Made by a program: the position numbers and the translations under genes. Under the pieces are notes generated by a model. It was not told the origin of the DNA. It did no database searches and saw only the letters and a program-made list of their open reading frames with translations. A DNA stretch of 63,295 bases, the filler included, from Octopus bimaculoides (taxonomy: Eukaryota): assembly GCF_001194135.2 (NCBI RefSeq). It is 7 parts of 7 records of this genome, joined end to end, with 100 filler letters (N's around TTAATTAATTAA, not from the genome) between each part and the next. Parts side by side here need not be neighbours in the genome. Positions count along the whole stretch, not along the records: positions 23,257 to 26,571 come from NW_026357361.1; positions 26,672 to 39,128 come from NC_068998.1; 5 more parts are not named here. One strand, given 5' to 3'. Below, in pieces: positions 23,446 to 36,500 of this stretch (within the stretch, counting starts at the first letter, position 1; every line of letters starts with the position of its first letter).

Positions 23446-24481
23446 ACTGCTATCTCTTAGCCATAATCCAATTGATATCTGTTGCTCTTTTAAAATGCCC
23501 TTAGTTTAGGTTAGTATAATGTGGTTTTCTATTCCTTGTATGCAAACTTTAACCTGAACACTCTTTATACGTCGATCATATTACAAACAAAACTTCTTGA
23601 ACCGTTTACATAATTTGACTGTGGCTCTGACAGCTTGGAGCTATAATCTTTTAGTAAGAGAAGTTCTTTCTGGTTTTATGAAGCCTATCCTCTCAAAGTT
23701 GGTAGTGAGACGGTTAGTCACGTAGCTAAGTGCACCAATAATCGTGCCGATGGCTTAACAGNNNNNNNNNNNNNNNNNNNNNNNNNNNNNNNNNNNNNNN
23801 NNNNNNNNNNNNNNNNNNNNNNNNNNNNNNNNNNNNNNNNNNNNNNNNNNNNNNNNNNNNNNNNNNNNNNNNNNNNNNNNNNNNNNNNNNNNNNNNNNNN
23901 NNNNNNNNNNNNNNNNNNNNNNNNNNNNNNNNNNNNNNNNNNNNNNNNNNNNNNNNNNNNNNNNNNNNNNNNNNNNNNNNNNNNNNNNNNNNNNNNNNNN
24001 NNNNNNNNNNNNNNNNNNNNNNNNNNNNNNNNNNNNNNNNNNNNNNNNNNNNNNNNNNNNNNNNNNNNNNNNNNNNNNNNNNNNNNNNNNNNNNNNNNNN
24101 NNNNNNNNNNNNNNNNNNNNNNNNNNNNNNNNNNNNNNNNNNNNNNNNNNNNNNNNNNNNNNNNNNNNNNNNNNNNNNNNNNNNNNNNNNNNNNNNNNNN
24201 NNNNNNNNNNNNNNNNNNNNNNNNNNNNNNNNNNNNNNNNNNNNNNNNNNNNNNNNNNNNNNNNNNNNNNNNNNNNNNNNNNNNNNNNNNNNNNNNNNNN
24301 NNNNNNNNNNNNNNNNNNNNNNNNNNNNNNNNNNNNNNNNNNNNNNNNNNNNNNNNNNNNNNNNNNNNNNNNNNNNNNNNNNNNNNNNTATATATATATA
24401 TATATATATATATCACGTTAGTGAGTAGTTCTTTGCAATCTGGACTCGATATATAAATACATACGTAAAGAAACGTCTGCA

Positions 24482-24521
<40 letters not shown>

Positions 24522-25321
24522 AATACACATCCATGGAGTCAGTTTGCCACAGTAATTAATGTGGGCTTAAAACAGTTTAGCACAGCTATAGGCAGCCATT
24601 GAACCATTTCGATCGTGTAATTAATAATCATTGATACAGTTTCACACTGTCGGTGATAGAATTTTGAAACAACCTGATGTTGCAATCATTCACATAGTTT
24701 GATAAAGTCTTTCCATCAGATTGATACAACGATTGAATTGATTTCCTCTAGCCCTTAAAATCAATCTGATAGAACACGTGATACAGCGTGAATCAGTCAG
24801 GAATACTGGGATTTATATAAACAGCTGTATAGATTGCATTTATTAGTTCCCTAATGCCATCGATATTTTGGTACAAGTTCGTAGAGGCTTTGTTTATTGT
24901 TCGATACAGGCATTGATCCTATTTGATAGAGGCATCGTTACTGTTTGATACAGCATTGAATACACTTGATACAGGCGTTACTGTCGTCATGTGTCAGGGA
25001 CACTGGAATATGTTGATACAGCCATTAATACAGTCATACACACCTTGTTTGATACTGTTTGATATGGACATTCAGTCGGTTTAATAATGCATTTGATACA
25101 GTTTGATGCAGTTTGATGCAGTTACTACCTAGATTTTATAGAGTCACTGATAAGAGTTTGTAAGAAACATCGATAGAAGCTGAGGCTGTCATTGATGCAG
25201 TGATGGATGCTGTACGATACGACCTTAGAATCAGTCAGGTTCATTCAGACATTCAGTTAGTTTGAAACTAAGGGATGCCTCATTGATACAGCAATACGAT
25301 GTGATAAAGCCAGTGATTCAG

Positions 25322-25935
25322 TGTGTTACAGTGGAAGATACAATGCGATACAGTCATTTCGGTGTTACAGTGGAAGATACAATGTGATACGGTCATTTCG
25401 GTGTTACAGTGGCAGATACACTGCGATACAGTCATTTCGGTGTTACAGTGGCAGATACACTGCGATACAGTCATTTCGGTGTTANNNNNNNNNNNNNNNN
25501 NNNNNNNNNNNNNNNNNNNNNNNNNNNNNNNNNNNNNNNNNNNNNNNNNNNNNNNNNNNNNNNNNNNNNNNNNNNNNNNNNNNNNNNNNNNNNNNNNNNN
25601 NNNNNNNNNNNNNNNNNNNNNNNNNNNNNNNNNNNNNNNNNNNNNNNNNNNNNNNNNNNNNNNNNNNNNNNNNNNNNNNNNNNNNNNNNNNNNNNNNNNN
25701 NNNNNNNNNNNNNNNNNNNNNNNNNNNNNNNNNNNNNNNNNNNNNNNNNNNNNNNNNNNNNNNNNNNNNNNNNNNNNNNNNNNNNNNNNNNNNNNNNNNN
25801 NNNNNNNNNNNGTCATTTCGGTGTTACAGTGGCAGATACACTGCGATACAGTCATTTCGGTGTTATAGTGGCAGATACACTGCGATACAGTCATTTCGGT
25901 GTTACAGTGGCAGATACACTGCGATACAGTCATTT
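25322..25935. repeat. 39-bp minisatellite (GTCATTTCGGTGTTACAGTGGCAGATACACTGCGATACA)n
   Basis: Near-identical 39-bp units lie on both sides of an N gap (25485-25811). Confidence 0.9.
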
Positions 25936-26571
25936 CTGCTCATAGAAGCATCTTGATACAAGCATTGATATAGTGATGGGGTTTGATAACGTTTTTCATC
26001 CAGTTTGAGACAACAGGCTGATACAGACTTTTACGGTCACTGATACATTTTCTATACAGCCATAAATACAGTGGTACAGTTTGATAGAGCATCTGCGTTG
26101 GTCATCTATGCAGTTTCATACAGCCACTGGTACAGATTCCCACAACTATTCATATAATTGAAATAACTTCTGTGTTCTTTCTGTCTTTAAAAAAAACATG
26201 TGTATATATGTTTAATGTAATGACATCCAAGTCTGACGTAGCATGAAAACTATGTTGACAAACCTTCATACATATAAGCTGTTGTGCTTTATGAACATTT
26301 AAACATATCTCATATTCCTTTGACGTTAAAATGCTGTTCCGATATTACAACAATAGTTGTAAGGTTTGGGGCTCAATGCTTAATGATGTTATACACTGCC
26401 TGTGGCCCCCTTTAACTCCCTTTATGTTCCAGTTCTCAGTGATGAGTGTATAGTTTCTGGTTTCTGAATCAATCGCTAACGGTCGTTGTACATCGGTTCC
26501 AGCAGTTGCAGCTGTTTTTACAGATAGTGTTCTTGCAGTTTATGGCAATTCTACAGTTTTTCATCCAGTGG

Positions 26572-26671
26572 NNNNNNNNNNNNNNNNNNNNNNNNNNNNN
26601 NNNNNNNNNNNNNNNTTAATTAATTAANNNNNNNNNNNNNNNNNNNNNNNNNNNNNNNNNNNNNNNNNNNN
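26572..26671. other. Artificial contig-joining spacer
   Basis: 44 N + TTAATTAATTAA (26616-26627) + 44 N. Confidence 0.95.
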
Positions 26672-27035
26672 AATGTAAAAGTAGGTGCATGCAAAGAAAG
26701 TTCAATCTATGACTGTCGAAAAACGTTGCTCGTGTGGGCTTCCATAGAGTTAGTTCTTGGTCGGATAGCTGTTCGAAATTTACTTATGTCAGCGGCTTCT
26801 CTGGTAGGTCGAAAGTGAATTGTGGGTGTCCATTGTGTCGGTGAGTTCTTTTCTTTTGTGATGTGCGACAGTCGAAAGAAAACTATGCAGAGAAAGTTGT
26901 TATTCTTGTCTTCGATGTGACGAGCATGTTGAGAGACAGGCGACGGCTCGTGTAGTATCGGTCGGAAATGCTGTAGAGTTAATATCTCACTGGTTTGTTT
27001 GTGGTCTAGAGTTTCTTCGGTTGCGATTCTCGTCT

Positions 27036-27174
27036 TCGGGGTTACCAGTGTAAGAAATATCCGGGCTACAGTTCATTCTTTTTAGTCGGGGTCACCAGTG
27101 TAAGAAATATTGTTCGGTAGACCAGAATCCTCGGCTGCGGTTGCTCACGTCGGGGTCACCAGTGTAAGAAATAT
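27036..27174. repeat. Three copies of the 25-bp motif TCGGGGT(C/T)ACCAGTGTAAGAAATAT
   Basis: Copies at 27036-27060, 27086-27110 and 27150-27174. The intervening segments are loosely similar to each other. Confidence 0.85.
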
Positions 27175-27419
27175 CTTTCTTTATTCAACCTTTAGGTTAA
27201 ATAACTAATTCCTCACATCAAACTTTAAGGAAAAATTTAAGAACGGATAACGCAGTCTCTAAACCAGAAACATAACAATATTTATTTATGGAGGAAAATA
27301 GGCATGGTTGCTGAGACGCCGGAATGTTGGAATGAAAGCTGTCCCCAGAGTTGGAATGTTGGAGAGACAGTTTGACATGACCATGCTCATGTGAGAGAGC
27401 TCTGTTGGACCTGTGTTAC

Positions 27420-27610
27420 CTCTTCGCCGGCCGGCGAGAAAAAGAGAGTGAAAAGAGCGGGAACTTTTAGATGTTGAATTCCACGCATGCGCATGGGACT
27501 CTTCCTGTGTTCCTTCCGGAACTATTCCCTGCGCATGCGTGGATGAAAACGCAGTAATGGCGACTGTATTTTGGCGCCAAATGACGTCACTACAACCTCA
27601 TTTGAAATGT
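27420..27610 (-). promoter_or_regulatory. CpG-rich promoter with a probable non-coding, pyrimidine-rich first exon on the minus strand
   Basis: Inverted NRF1-like pair (27480-27493 / 27530-27543), E2F palindrome TTTGGCGCCAAA (27570-27581), CRE TGACGTCA (27582-27589) and CHR TTTGAA (27601-27606). The minus strand reads ...CGCTCTTTTCACTCTCTTTTTCTCGCCGGCCGGCGAAGAG|GTAACA, with the donor at 27420/27419. Confidence 0.65.
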
Positions 27611-27902
27611 TTGTTCAAGGTTAACTTTCAAATTGCACTTTTACTACTGTAAAAAAAAAATAACACAAAATAATATTTACTAACTGAACTGTGAAAACTT
27701 CACGGAAAATATAAAAGATGTAAGCAATTTGTAAATTGTGTGCTAGTGTCATGAGAAATGTTTCTATAGTGTTACACTTACAAGAATATAGAAAGAAGTG
27801 TAAAACCGATAACTATATAATCCAACCAAAATATCTCAGTTACACAAACGTAAACATAGTTGCTATTTAGCCTTAAAATATATCGTACATATTCAAAGAA
27901 CC

Positions 27903-28954
27903 TGTACTTTTTAGTTATCTCACTCTCATTAAAAAATTGGGTTATCTCTCACTGTTGTATGAAAAAAGAGATTAAACATTTTATTGAATGCCTAAGTCAA
28001 TAATGTGTTGAAGTATTGAATCAAACTTTCGTCAATTTCAACCCTTTTAATCCAATCTCTTGTCGCCACATAAACTCGCACATATGAGTCCAGTAGACCT
28101 ATGTGAGTGCCATTTTGTCTTTTTTTTTCTTTTGCACTCTTCCAAAGTCTTTCAATATATTGGATGTGAGCTCTATTAGTAGGACTGACAAAGTGTAGGG
28201 AATGATTCACAGTGAGATGTTGAAAATGACCAATATTGATTATATTTTTATATGCTGACTATTCGTCACTTATGATGGTAGTACCCAGTCTTATATTATT
28301 TTCTATTATTGGAAGAAGTGTTGTCGCAGACCTGTCAGGGACAATAAACATGAAACACTCCAAAAACCCATTGTTGAAGTAGTTGACGCCCGACACGAAC
28401 AAACTTTCGTCAATTTCAACAGTCATGTTGGGTCCTCCAATCACTCTTGGGTTAGCCAAAATGTGTGCAGCACAAACTTCTCTCAAATAATTATTCCGGT
28501 CAACAACATAATTAGCTTTCATTTCGAGCTCACGTTCACAAAATTTGATATTTGTCATACTGTGTGCCCGGCAATATATGAAAAGTGTTGTTTTACGAAA
28601 AAATAAACGTGAATTAGCAAATCAATTACCTGTTTTTAGTTCTTTTTCTTGTCTGCATCCACGAATACTACACCGCCATCTATTTTGACTTCCAGCTGAG
28701 AAATTCATAAAATGAGCGTTGTTGCATTGTCTTTCTTGGTGAAGAATTCCTTTTTCTTGAAAAAAAGAAAGACTAGATGTTTCATCTTTGCAAATTTCGC
28801 TTAGACGTAAAAGATTCATAATGTACAGGAAATCAACCAGACAAAAAAATAAGACGAAACAAAATCGTTGAGTTGACGGAGAGATGGGGGGAGGGGAGAT
28901 AACCTCATTTTTAATGACAATTTTTTAATGGGGGTAAGGTAACCAAAAAGTACC
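27903..28954 (-). mobile_element. Merlin (IS1595/ISXO2-like) DNA transposon with both ends present and a broken transposase
   Basis: Minus-strand ORFs at 28622-28819 (Cys/His-containing N-terminus), 28259-28558 (VEIDESLF ... IISDE) and 27992-28210 (VNHS-like and QYIERLW motifs). Imperfect TIRs read (G/T)GTACTTTTT(A/G)GTTA...CATTAAAAAATTG. The direct repeat AAAGAACC flanks it at 27895-27902 and 28955-28962. Confidence 0.9.
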
Positions 28955-29225
28955 AAAGAACCTTTTTGGTTTAGTAGTACAGAACGTTCTTCTGGTATTC
29001 TTTTATTCTTTTACTTGTTTCAGTCATTTGACTGTGGCCATGCTAGAGCACCACCCTTTAGTCGAAGAAATCGACCCTTCGACTTATTCCCTGTAAGCTT
29101 GGTGCTTCTTCTATCAATCTCTTCAGCCGAACAACTAAGTTACGGGGATGCAAACACACCAGCATCGGTTGTCAAGCGATAGTGGTAGGGGGACAAACAC
29201 AGACACAAAACACACATATAAATAG

Positions 29226-29263
<38 letters not shown>

Positions 29264-30015
29264 NNNNNNNNNNNNNNNNNNNNNNNNNNNNNNNNNNNNN
29301 NNNNNNNNNNNNNNNNNNNNNNNNNNNNNNNNNNNNNNNNNNNNNNNNNNNNNNNNNNNNNNNNNNNNNNNNNNNNNNNNNNNNNNNNNNNNNNNNNNNN
29401 NNNNNNNNNNNNNNNNNNNNNNNNNNNNNNNNNNNNNNNNNNNNNNNNNNNNNNNNNNNNNNNNNNNNNNNNNNNNNNNNNNNNNNNNNNNNNNNNNNNN
29501 NNNNNNNNNNNNNNNNNNNNNNNNNNNNNNNNNNNNNNNNNNNNNNNNNNNNNNNNNNNNNNNNNNNNNNNNNNNNNATGTCCTACTTTCTCTCATGAAC
29601 CTTTACGAAAACTCCAACAACAAATACAAAAAGAAAGGAAGGAGAAAAAGAAAACTATCAAAACTGAAACAATCACATTTCGATACTGTGATGACAGATA
29701 CTAAAACTACATACAGAATTACTTTGCCCCTCTAAAATTAACTATTTCTATTCCTCTTACACATCGTTTCAATTGCTACTTTCTCTTACCAACGTTTACG
29801 AACGATCCAAGAAAAAAGACAAAGAAACGAACGGGAGTGGGAGTCAAATAAACAGACACACTGCCAATCATACGTAAATACACACATATATATGTACCTA
29901 TGGTTACCAATGACCTCATTCTAATTGGCGAGAACTAAACCTTAACAGAGAAACGAAAGAAAAACAGTGACAGTCAAATAAATATTTTCCCCTGTAACAC
30001 AATGTCATTTCCTAA

Positions 30016-30552
30016 ATCATTCCTGGAGATGACTATATATATAAGTCTATTGATACAACTCCTGACCATGAGGACGTCATCAACTATCCAATAGAAGTAC
30101 TAAATTCCCTTGAGCACCCTGGACTACCTCCACACATTCTCAAACTTAAAGTTGGTGACCCTATGATGCTCATTCGAAATTTGGTTCCGCCTAAACAATG
30201 CAACGGCACACGTTTAATCGTTAAGTCCTTATCTCCTAATCTGATTGAGGCCACAATAATCACAGGGTGTGGTCGAGGCAACGTTGTCCTCATACCCAGA
30301 ATGCATCTTTTCCCATCAGCAGCAGACCTACCTTTCACATTTCGGAGGTCCCAGTTCCCAGTGAGGCCATGCTTCGCAATGTCAATTAACAAAGCACAGG
30401 GGCAAACACTGTCTGTCGCAGGAATGCATTTAGGGGAGCCGTGTTTCTCTCATGGTCAGCTTTACGTTGGCTGCTCGCGTGTGGGCAGCAAGAGTGATTC
30501 TTTTGCGTTCCTTCCACAAGGAAAAACAAAAAACATTGTGTACAAGGAGGTT
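30016..30552 (+). mobile_element. Helitron Pif1-family helicase C-terminal fragment
   Basis: Uninterrupted frame YKSID...YPIEVLNSL...PPHILKLKVG...LIRNL...CNGTRL...RRSQFPVRPCFAMSINKAQGQTL...FSHGQLYVGCSRV...TKNIVYKEV, running into a short N gap. Confidence 0.9.
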
Positions 30553-31821
30553 NNNNNNNNNNNNNNNNNNNNNNNNNNNNNNNNTATAGGATTACGTCGA
30601 TTCATAATTTTATTAATTTAAACAATTTTTTTAATTTCTTACTTTTCATCAGTAATTTCTAAGTATGTGTAGGTTCATATTCATTGCAGTGAACTTGACA
30701 CTCCCAAATATCAGCTGTAAAAACGCTGATTCTCACAGCATTACAAAACTTTATTACAAATCAGACCCTGCTCAAAAATCACCTGTTGTTATTCAACAAC
30801 ACCCATTGAGCAGGCATCAGAGGACTATGGACAGCTTAGTATTTCAATTCCATACAACTCTCAAAGAGTCAACAATGCTTTTATTACGAGATTTACATTT
30901 TTAGGCGGTTCCCTGCAATTACTTCACACTTCACCAACACCAGCACTCCACTCAGTTCTATTTTGCTAACTTCGTCAGTACACCAGCCTCATCTTCTACA
31001 TCCGATGTGCATGATACATCTCCCTCTTCCATCTCCTCTCTCACCATCACAGTTTACTACATTGGCAACATTATTGCAAGATACCATTTGAAAACCAAGC
31101 AACATATCATTTCATACAACAACAAATGTAATCATAACGACGATCAATGAAACAAATGCATTAAAATAATTACATGAAGAAGTAACTATCTCTTACACAC
31201 CATTACAATTTACATAAAATAACAACATTTAAACAGTCGATGAAACTAAATACATACATCCTCTCTCCCACCCTTATATTTTACACCATTACATTTTACA
31301 TCAAATACAAACTATTCTAAAGGGACAGGTCATTTTACACAACATCTTCATGAGACACGTGTTCTGATTCATCTATTCAGCACCACTACAGTCTTGCCCA
31401 TCTGACATACGGTGAGTAGATGCTATTGTTGTATATTTTCAAACTTACCCATATTTACTAACCCATGATTAATCCTCATCTTTCCTCCATAGGGCATCTA
31501 TTCTGTTTTCACAGACCATGAACTTTTGCAACAGCACGTCCACTGCCATTGATGGAAAAGGAAGCTGCTGTATTCACTTGCGAACGTTCTACACACCCTT
31601 ACATGACTACCTAAGACATTGTTACAATTGTGAGAACAATAAAACAGCTTTTTCAGGGCCACCTCACATTCTATTGTTACCCACTTCTGAGAGTGCTGCA
31701 ATGCTCTTGGCAAGGCTTTCTGTCCAGTTGCAAATCGATTGGTTGGTTTTCAACTTATAGCAATCTTTCCCTCAATAATCATAATTGAGTACAATCATCA
31801 ACAGTACTTTAAAACAATTAA

Positions 31822-31929
31822 GCCCCGAGCAACGCCGGGCACTTCTGCTAGTCTATACTATAAAAGGCAAATTTTCTCTGTGTGTGTGTATCTATACTAT
31901 AAAAAGCAAATTTTCTCTGTGTGTGTGTA
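31822..31929 (+). mobile_element. Helitron 3' terminus abutting a duplicated Helitron 5' terminus
   Basis: Hairpin GCCCCGAGCAACGCCGGGC (31822-31840) and CTAG (31848-31851) are followed at once by TCTATACTATAAAA... repeated as two 39-bp units (31852-31890 and 31891-31929). Confidence 0.75.
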
Positions 31930-33364
31930 TGTTTAAAATTCATACATTTACACAATTCCAAATTTCTTCGATTAAACAATCGCAATTAATATTCTAAATA
32001 CAATAAGTTAGGTCACTGCGTCATTTTTTCACTCCAAAAATTTCCTAATAATGAATATAATCCATAAAACTACACGAGTAAACATTTTCTCCCTAATAAA
32101 ATCTAATTTCCTCTTTCTAATACAAATCCTTTCAACTCCTACATTCNNNNNNNNNNNNNNNNNNNNNNNNNNNNNNNNNNNNNNNNNNNNNNNNNNNNNN
32201 NNNNNNNNNNNNNNNNNNNNNNNNNNNNNNNNNNNNNNNNNNNNNNNNNNNNNNNNNNNNNNNNNNNNNNNNNNNNNNNNNNNNNNNNNNNNNNNNNNNN
32301 NNNNNNNNNNNNNNNNNNNNNNNNNNNNNNNNNNNNNNNNNNNNNNNNNNNNNNNNNNNNNNNNNNNNNNNNNNNNNNNNNNNNNNNNNNNNNNNNNNNN
32401 NNNNNNNNNNNNNNNNNNNNNNNNNNNNNNNNNNNNNNNNNNNNNNNNNNNNNNNNNNNNNNNNNNNNNNNNNNNNNNNNNNNNNNNNNNNNNNNNNNNN
32501 NNNNNNNNNNNNNNNNNNNNNNNNNNNNNNNNNNNNNNNNNNNNNNNNNNNNNNNNNNNNNNNNNNNNNNNNNNNNNNNNNNNNNNNNNNNNNNNNNNNN
32601 NNNNNNNNNNNNNNNNNNNNNNNNNNNNNNNNNNNNNNNNNNNNNNNNNNNNNNNNNNNNNNNNNNNNNNNNNNNNNNNNNNNNNNNNNNNNNNNNNNNN
32701 NNNNNNNNNNNNNNNNNNNNNNNNNNNNNNNNNNNNNNNNNNNNNNNNNNNNNNNNNNNNNNNNNNNNNNNNNNNNNNNNNNNNNNNNNNNNNNNNNNNN
32801 NNNNTATATATATAAATGAGAATGTGTGTCTGAATCTGTCTGTGTGAATCCCTAAAACTTGAGAACTACACAACTAATTTCATTCAAATTTTACACATGC
32901 CTTACTTACGGTCCAGGTAGTGTTTTAGGCCCAAAAAGTTTTTAACTTCTTGCCTAGTGCGAGCCCAGTGCAATATCACATCTCCTGCACTATTGCTGTA
33001 TTACGTGTCAAAAGTGAAACAATAACATCTCTCTATTCTAATGTCAGACAGTTTCACTTTAATACTGAAACTATTAAAGTGAAACTATTATCTCACATAT
33101 ATACATTAACTATAAAAACACTGTCTGGTAACATATAAAATATAAACTGAAGCTAAAACTTATTAAAATATTCTTATTGTTTCTTCAACTTACTGGACAA
33201 GGGCTCCTAGCTCCCTTTACTGCAGGCGAAGGAGTAAAAAACGAAGATGTTTTGACTTGTCCGGCATTGCTATTACAGACAAATTAACAATTCGACTCGA
33301 GAGATAAACACAAACCACCTCGTGCTGACTGCAAAACTCCCGCCAAATTAGACAGAAACACACA

Positions 33365-33412
<48 letters not shown>

Positions 33413-33414
33413 CG

Positions 33415-34100
<686 letters not shown>

Positions 34101-35941
34101 TGTAATCGAGAAAAATGGCATCACTAATATTTTCTTACTCATGTAATATTTACAGTACGTCCATTTTAGGTCTAACTGCTAAAATATTAAGATTCCCTTT
34201 AATGAATTTATCAATTACTATCATATTATGAGTTTCATCCTGCTGACGTTGAACGTGTTTATCGTTTCTGCTTTATCTCATTTGACCTAAATTAATGTAA
34301 TTTAGAATAGGTTTGTTATGTGCTGCTGTATACAGGATCAGATCTCCATACACAGGTTACATTCGGCGGAATCGCCGTTCCCAAACTATCTGTTAGGGAG
34401 TTTGCCGCCCATGATCCATCTTGGCAGTGTTTACAGCTCGAAATATATCTTGGGTAGTTTTGTCATCCTTAGACAAGTTCAGAGTCAGCTGCGTTTGGAG
34501 AAGGATCCCCAGTTATTTCAGTCGTTTTAAATAAACTGAATTTATTCGGATGTTCTTAGGCAACTTCATATATCTATGCTATCTTGATTTAGTGTACCGT
34601 CTTCTTATGAACGTTTACCTTTCTCTACATCATTATCATTGAGTTTTATATCATCGTAAATGATTTTTACCGTACAATATTCTCTATTCCAGAATTGTGA
34701 AGACGACAAAGAAAAGAAAAATTATAACGCCTTTCTTTTTTGACTTGCTACATAAAGACAAGTCTTTAGTGAAGCTTCGACAACGTATGTGGTTTATTTA
34801 AGTTTGCTATCACAAAGACATTTATGCTCAACCATGGCGATGCTGAGCTGTGATTATTCTTTTGAGTACATGTCAGTTAGATGGTTAGTCATGCAAGTTT
34901 ACTGTGCACTAACTGTAGACATACCTAATGTAGCACGGACACATTGAATCAAAAACGATATTTTCAGCAGCTAATCGGAAGTATCACGATGTGTAACTAA
35001 TATAAAGGTAAGTTTTAGATAAACGGAGTCCGAGAAACAGTTCCATTTTCCAGTTATAGTTTTGGATATCAGTCATGTTACTAAAACTTTAAATTCAATA
35101 GCACAATACCCTGTGGTTAATTACCGTGAAGTAAGGTCCCTGGGAAACACTATTCTGCAACCCTAGTTTCCAATTTAAATTCCAACCGTTTTATTTCATT
35201 TACATCTCCAATACTTTTTGGAAATTCCTGAAGTACTAATAGATCTATGTAAGATAGCTGGAAGAGAGAAAAAGAAGAGATTTAGAAAAAATGGTAAACG
35301 ATGTTTAATCGATGTTTAGTCGGTCTCTCTGTTATCTCTCGTCATGCTAGAAAAACCAGCCAAATTTCTCTCAAACCACATCTTAACATCATAAAAAGAA
35401 TATGGGATAATCATAAGTGTTCTAAATCAGAGTTGACTTGAAGCTAAACGATAATATCAATAACAACAACAGCAACAACAGTAGCGATAACAATGATAAA
35501 AGACAAAAACAAGAACAGTTTGGTTTTCTCCTATGTTCTGAGTTTTTATGTCCTGCATGATTCGACTCTGCTTTTTACTCTCATCCCGATTACGGTAAAA
35601 TAACTACTTGATTGTACCCTTTTCTCTACACAGTTTTAGACGTGTAACAATGTAAGAAATGATAATTTTCATTCAACTATTTTCTGTAGACTTCCTCCAG
35701 CGCTCCACAAGCTTGCTTATTCCATCGGAGAAGAAGGCTTTCGCCTGGTCGGGCAGCCATATATGCACTGTTTACTGCACTTCTACGTCAGTATTAACTC
35801 GACAACCTCATGAAAGATATCTGAGCTGTTCAATGAAGTGATAGTCGGAAGAGGTGAGTTCCAGCAACTCGAAACCCGATCTTCAGTGGTATTGTGCAAC
35901 TTGTTGGTTTCAGTTTGTTAGCCAGTTTCACACACGTTACC

Positions 35942-36300
35942 AGTGGTGTCCTTCAAGGGACTGTTTTGGACCCGCTTCTCTTTATTATCTATATAAACGA
36001 TATATGGGATAATCATCAAATACAGCAAAATAAAAATATTCATAGATGACTCTAAGCTCCAGAAAATTGTCAATATAGAAGACCATGAGTTGAACTCCAG
36101 TCAATGGACGGACAAAAAATAAATGCAGTTAAATGAGGGGAAAGTTGAACTCCTGCACTGCGCTCAAACAACCATATTCTTTTCCTTCGAGGGAACGTTT
36201 TACAGCATCCAATAATATCAAGGACTTAGAAGTGATTGTGAACAACAATCTCAGTTGGAGAGCCCATATCAACAATAAAGTCGATATGGCTCGCAGAAAG
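35942..36300 (+). mobile_element. Decayed CR1/L2-like LINE reverse transcriptase fragment
   Basis: SGVLQGTVLDPLLFIIYIND (GVPQG motif) and IFIDDSKL (FADD motif), with frameshifts. Confidence 0.75.
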
Positions 36301-36309
36301 AGGAGGGTA

Positions 36310-36500
36310 CGCAATATATAATTAAATGGAGGCTCCTAGAACAACCGGAGCCATATCCCAACGGGAGCAAACGATGTAAGCTTTGCTTGGCCCAAAAAGA
36401 GCAAGGATCCTGAAAATCTCACTTAACCCAGGGACCTTTTAAAACTCCAAAAGAGAAGTATTTTTGTCAATGCCTTCATCAGAGACGTTCCCTGTTGCAA
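36310..36500 (+). mobile_element. Penelope-like element C-terminal (GIY-YIG region) fragment
   Basis: Reads YIIKWRLLEQPEPYPNGSKRCKLCLAQK, matching the KW...PY....KxCxLC.xEK motif of PLE endonuclease tails. Confidence 0.55.

Noticed and set aside
25280-25956. Repeat protein (NTEMTVSQCICHC or SFRCYSGRYTAIQ units)
   Set aside because: A 39-bp unit is open in several frames on both strands. There are no splice sites and no synonymous-site variation to favour a frame.
27036-27174. CRISPR array
   Set aside because: There are only three repeats, the spacers are unequal and similar to each other, no cas genes are present and the context is eukaryotic.
27903-28954. Bacterial IS1595 contamination or horizontal gene transfer island
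   Set aside because: The element is decayed, AT-rich and embedded with a TSD between host SINEs and a eukaryotic promoter. This fits the known eukaryotic Merlin superfamily.
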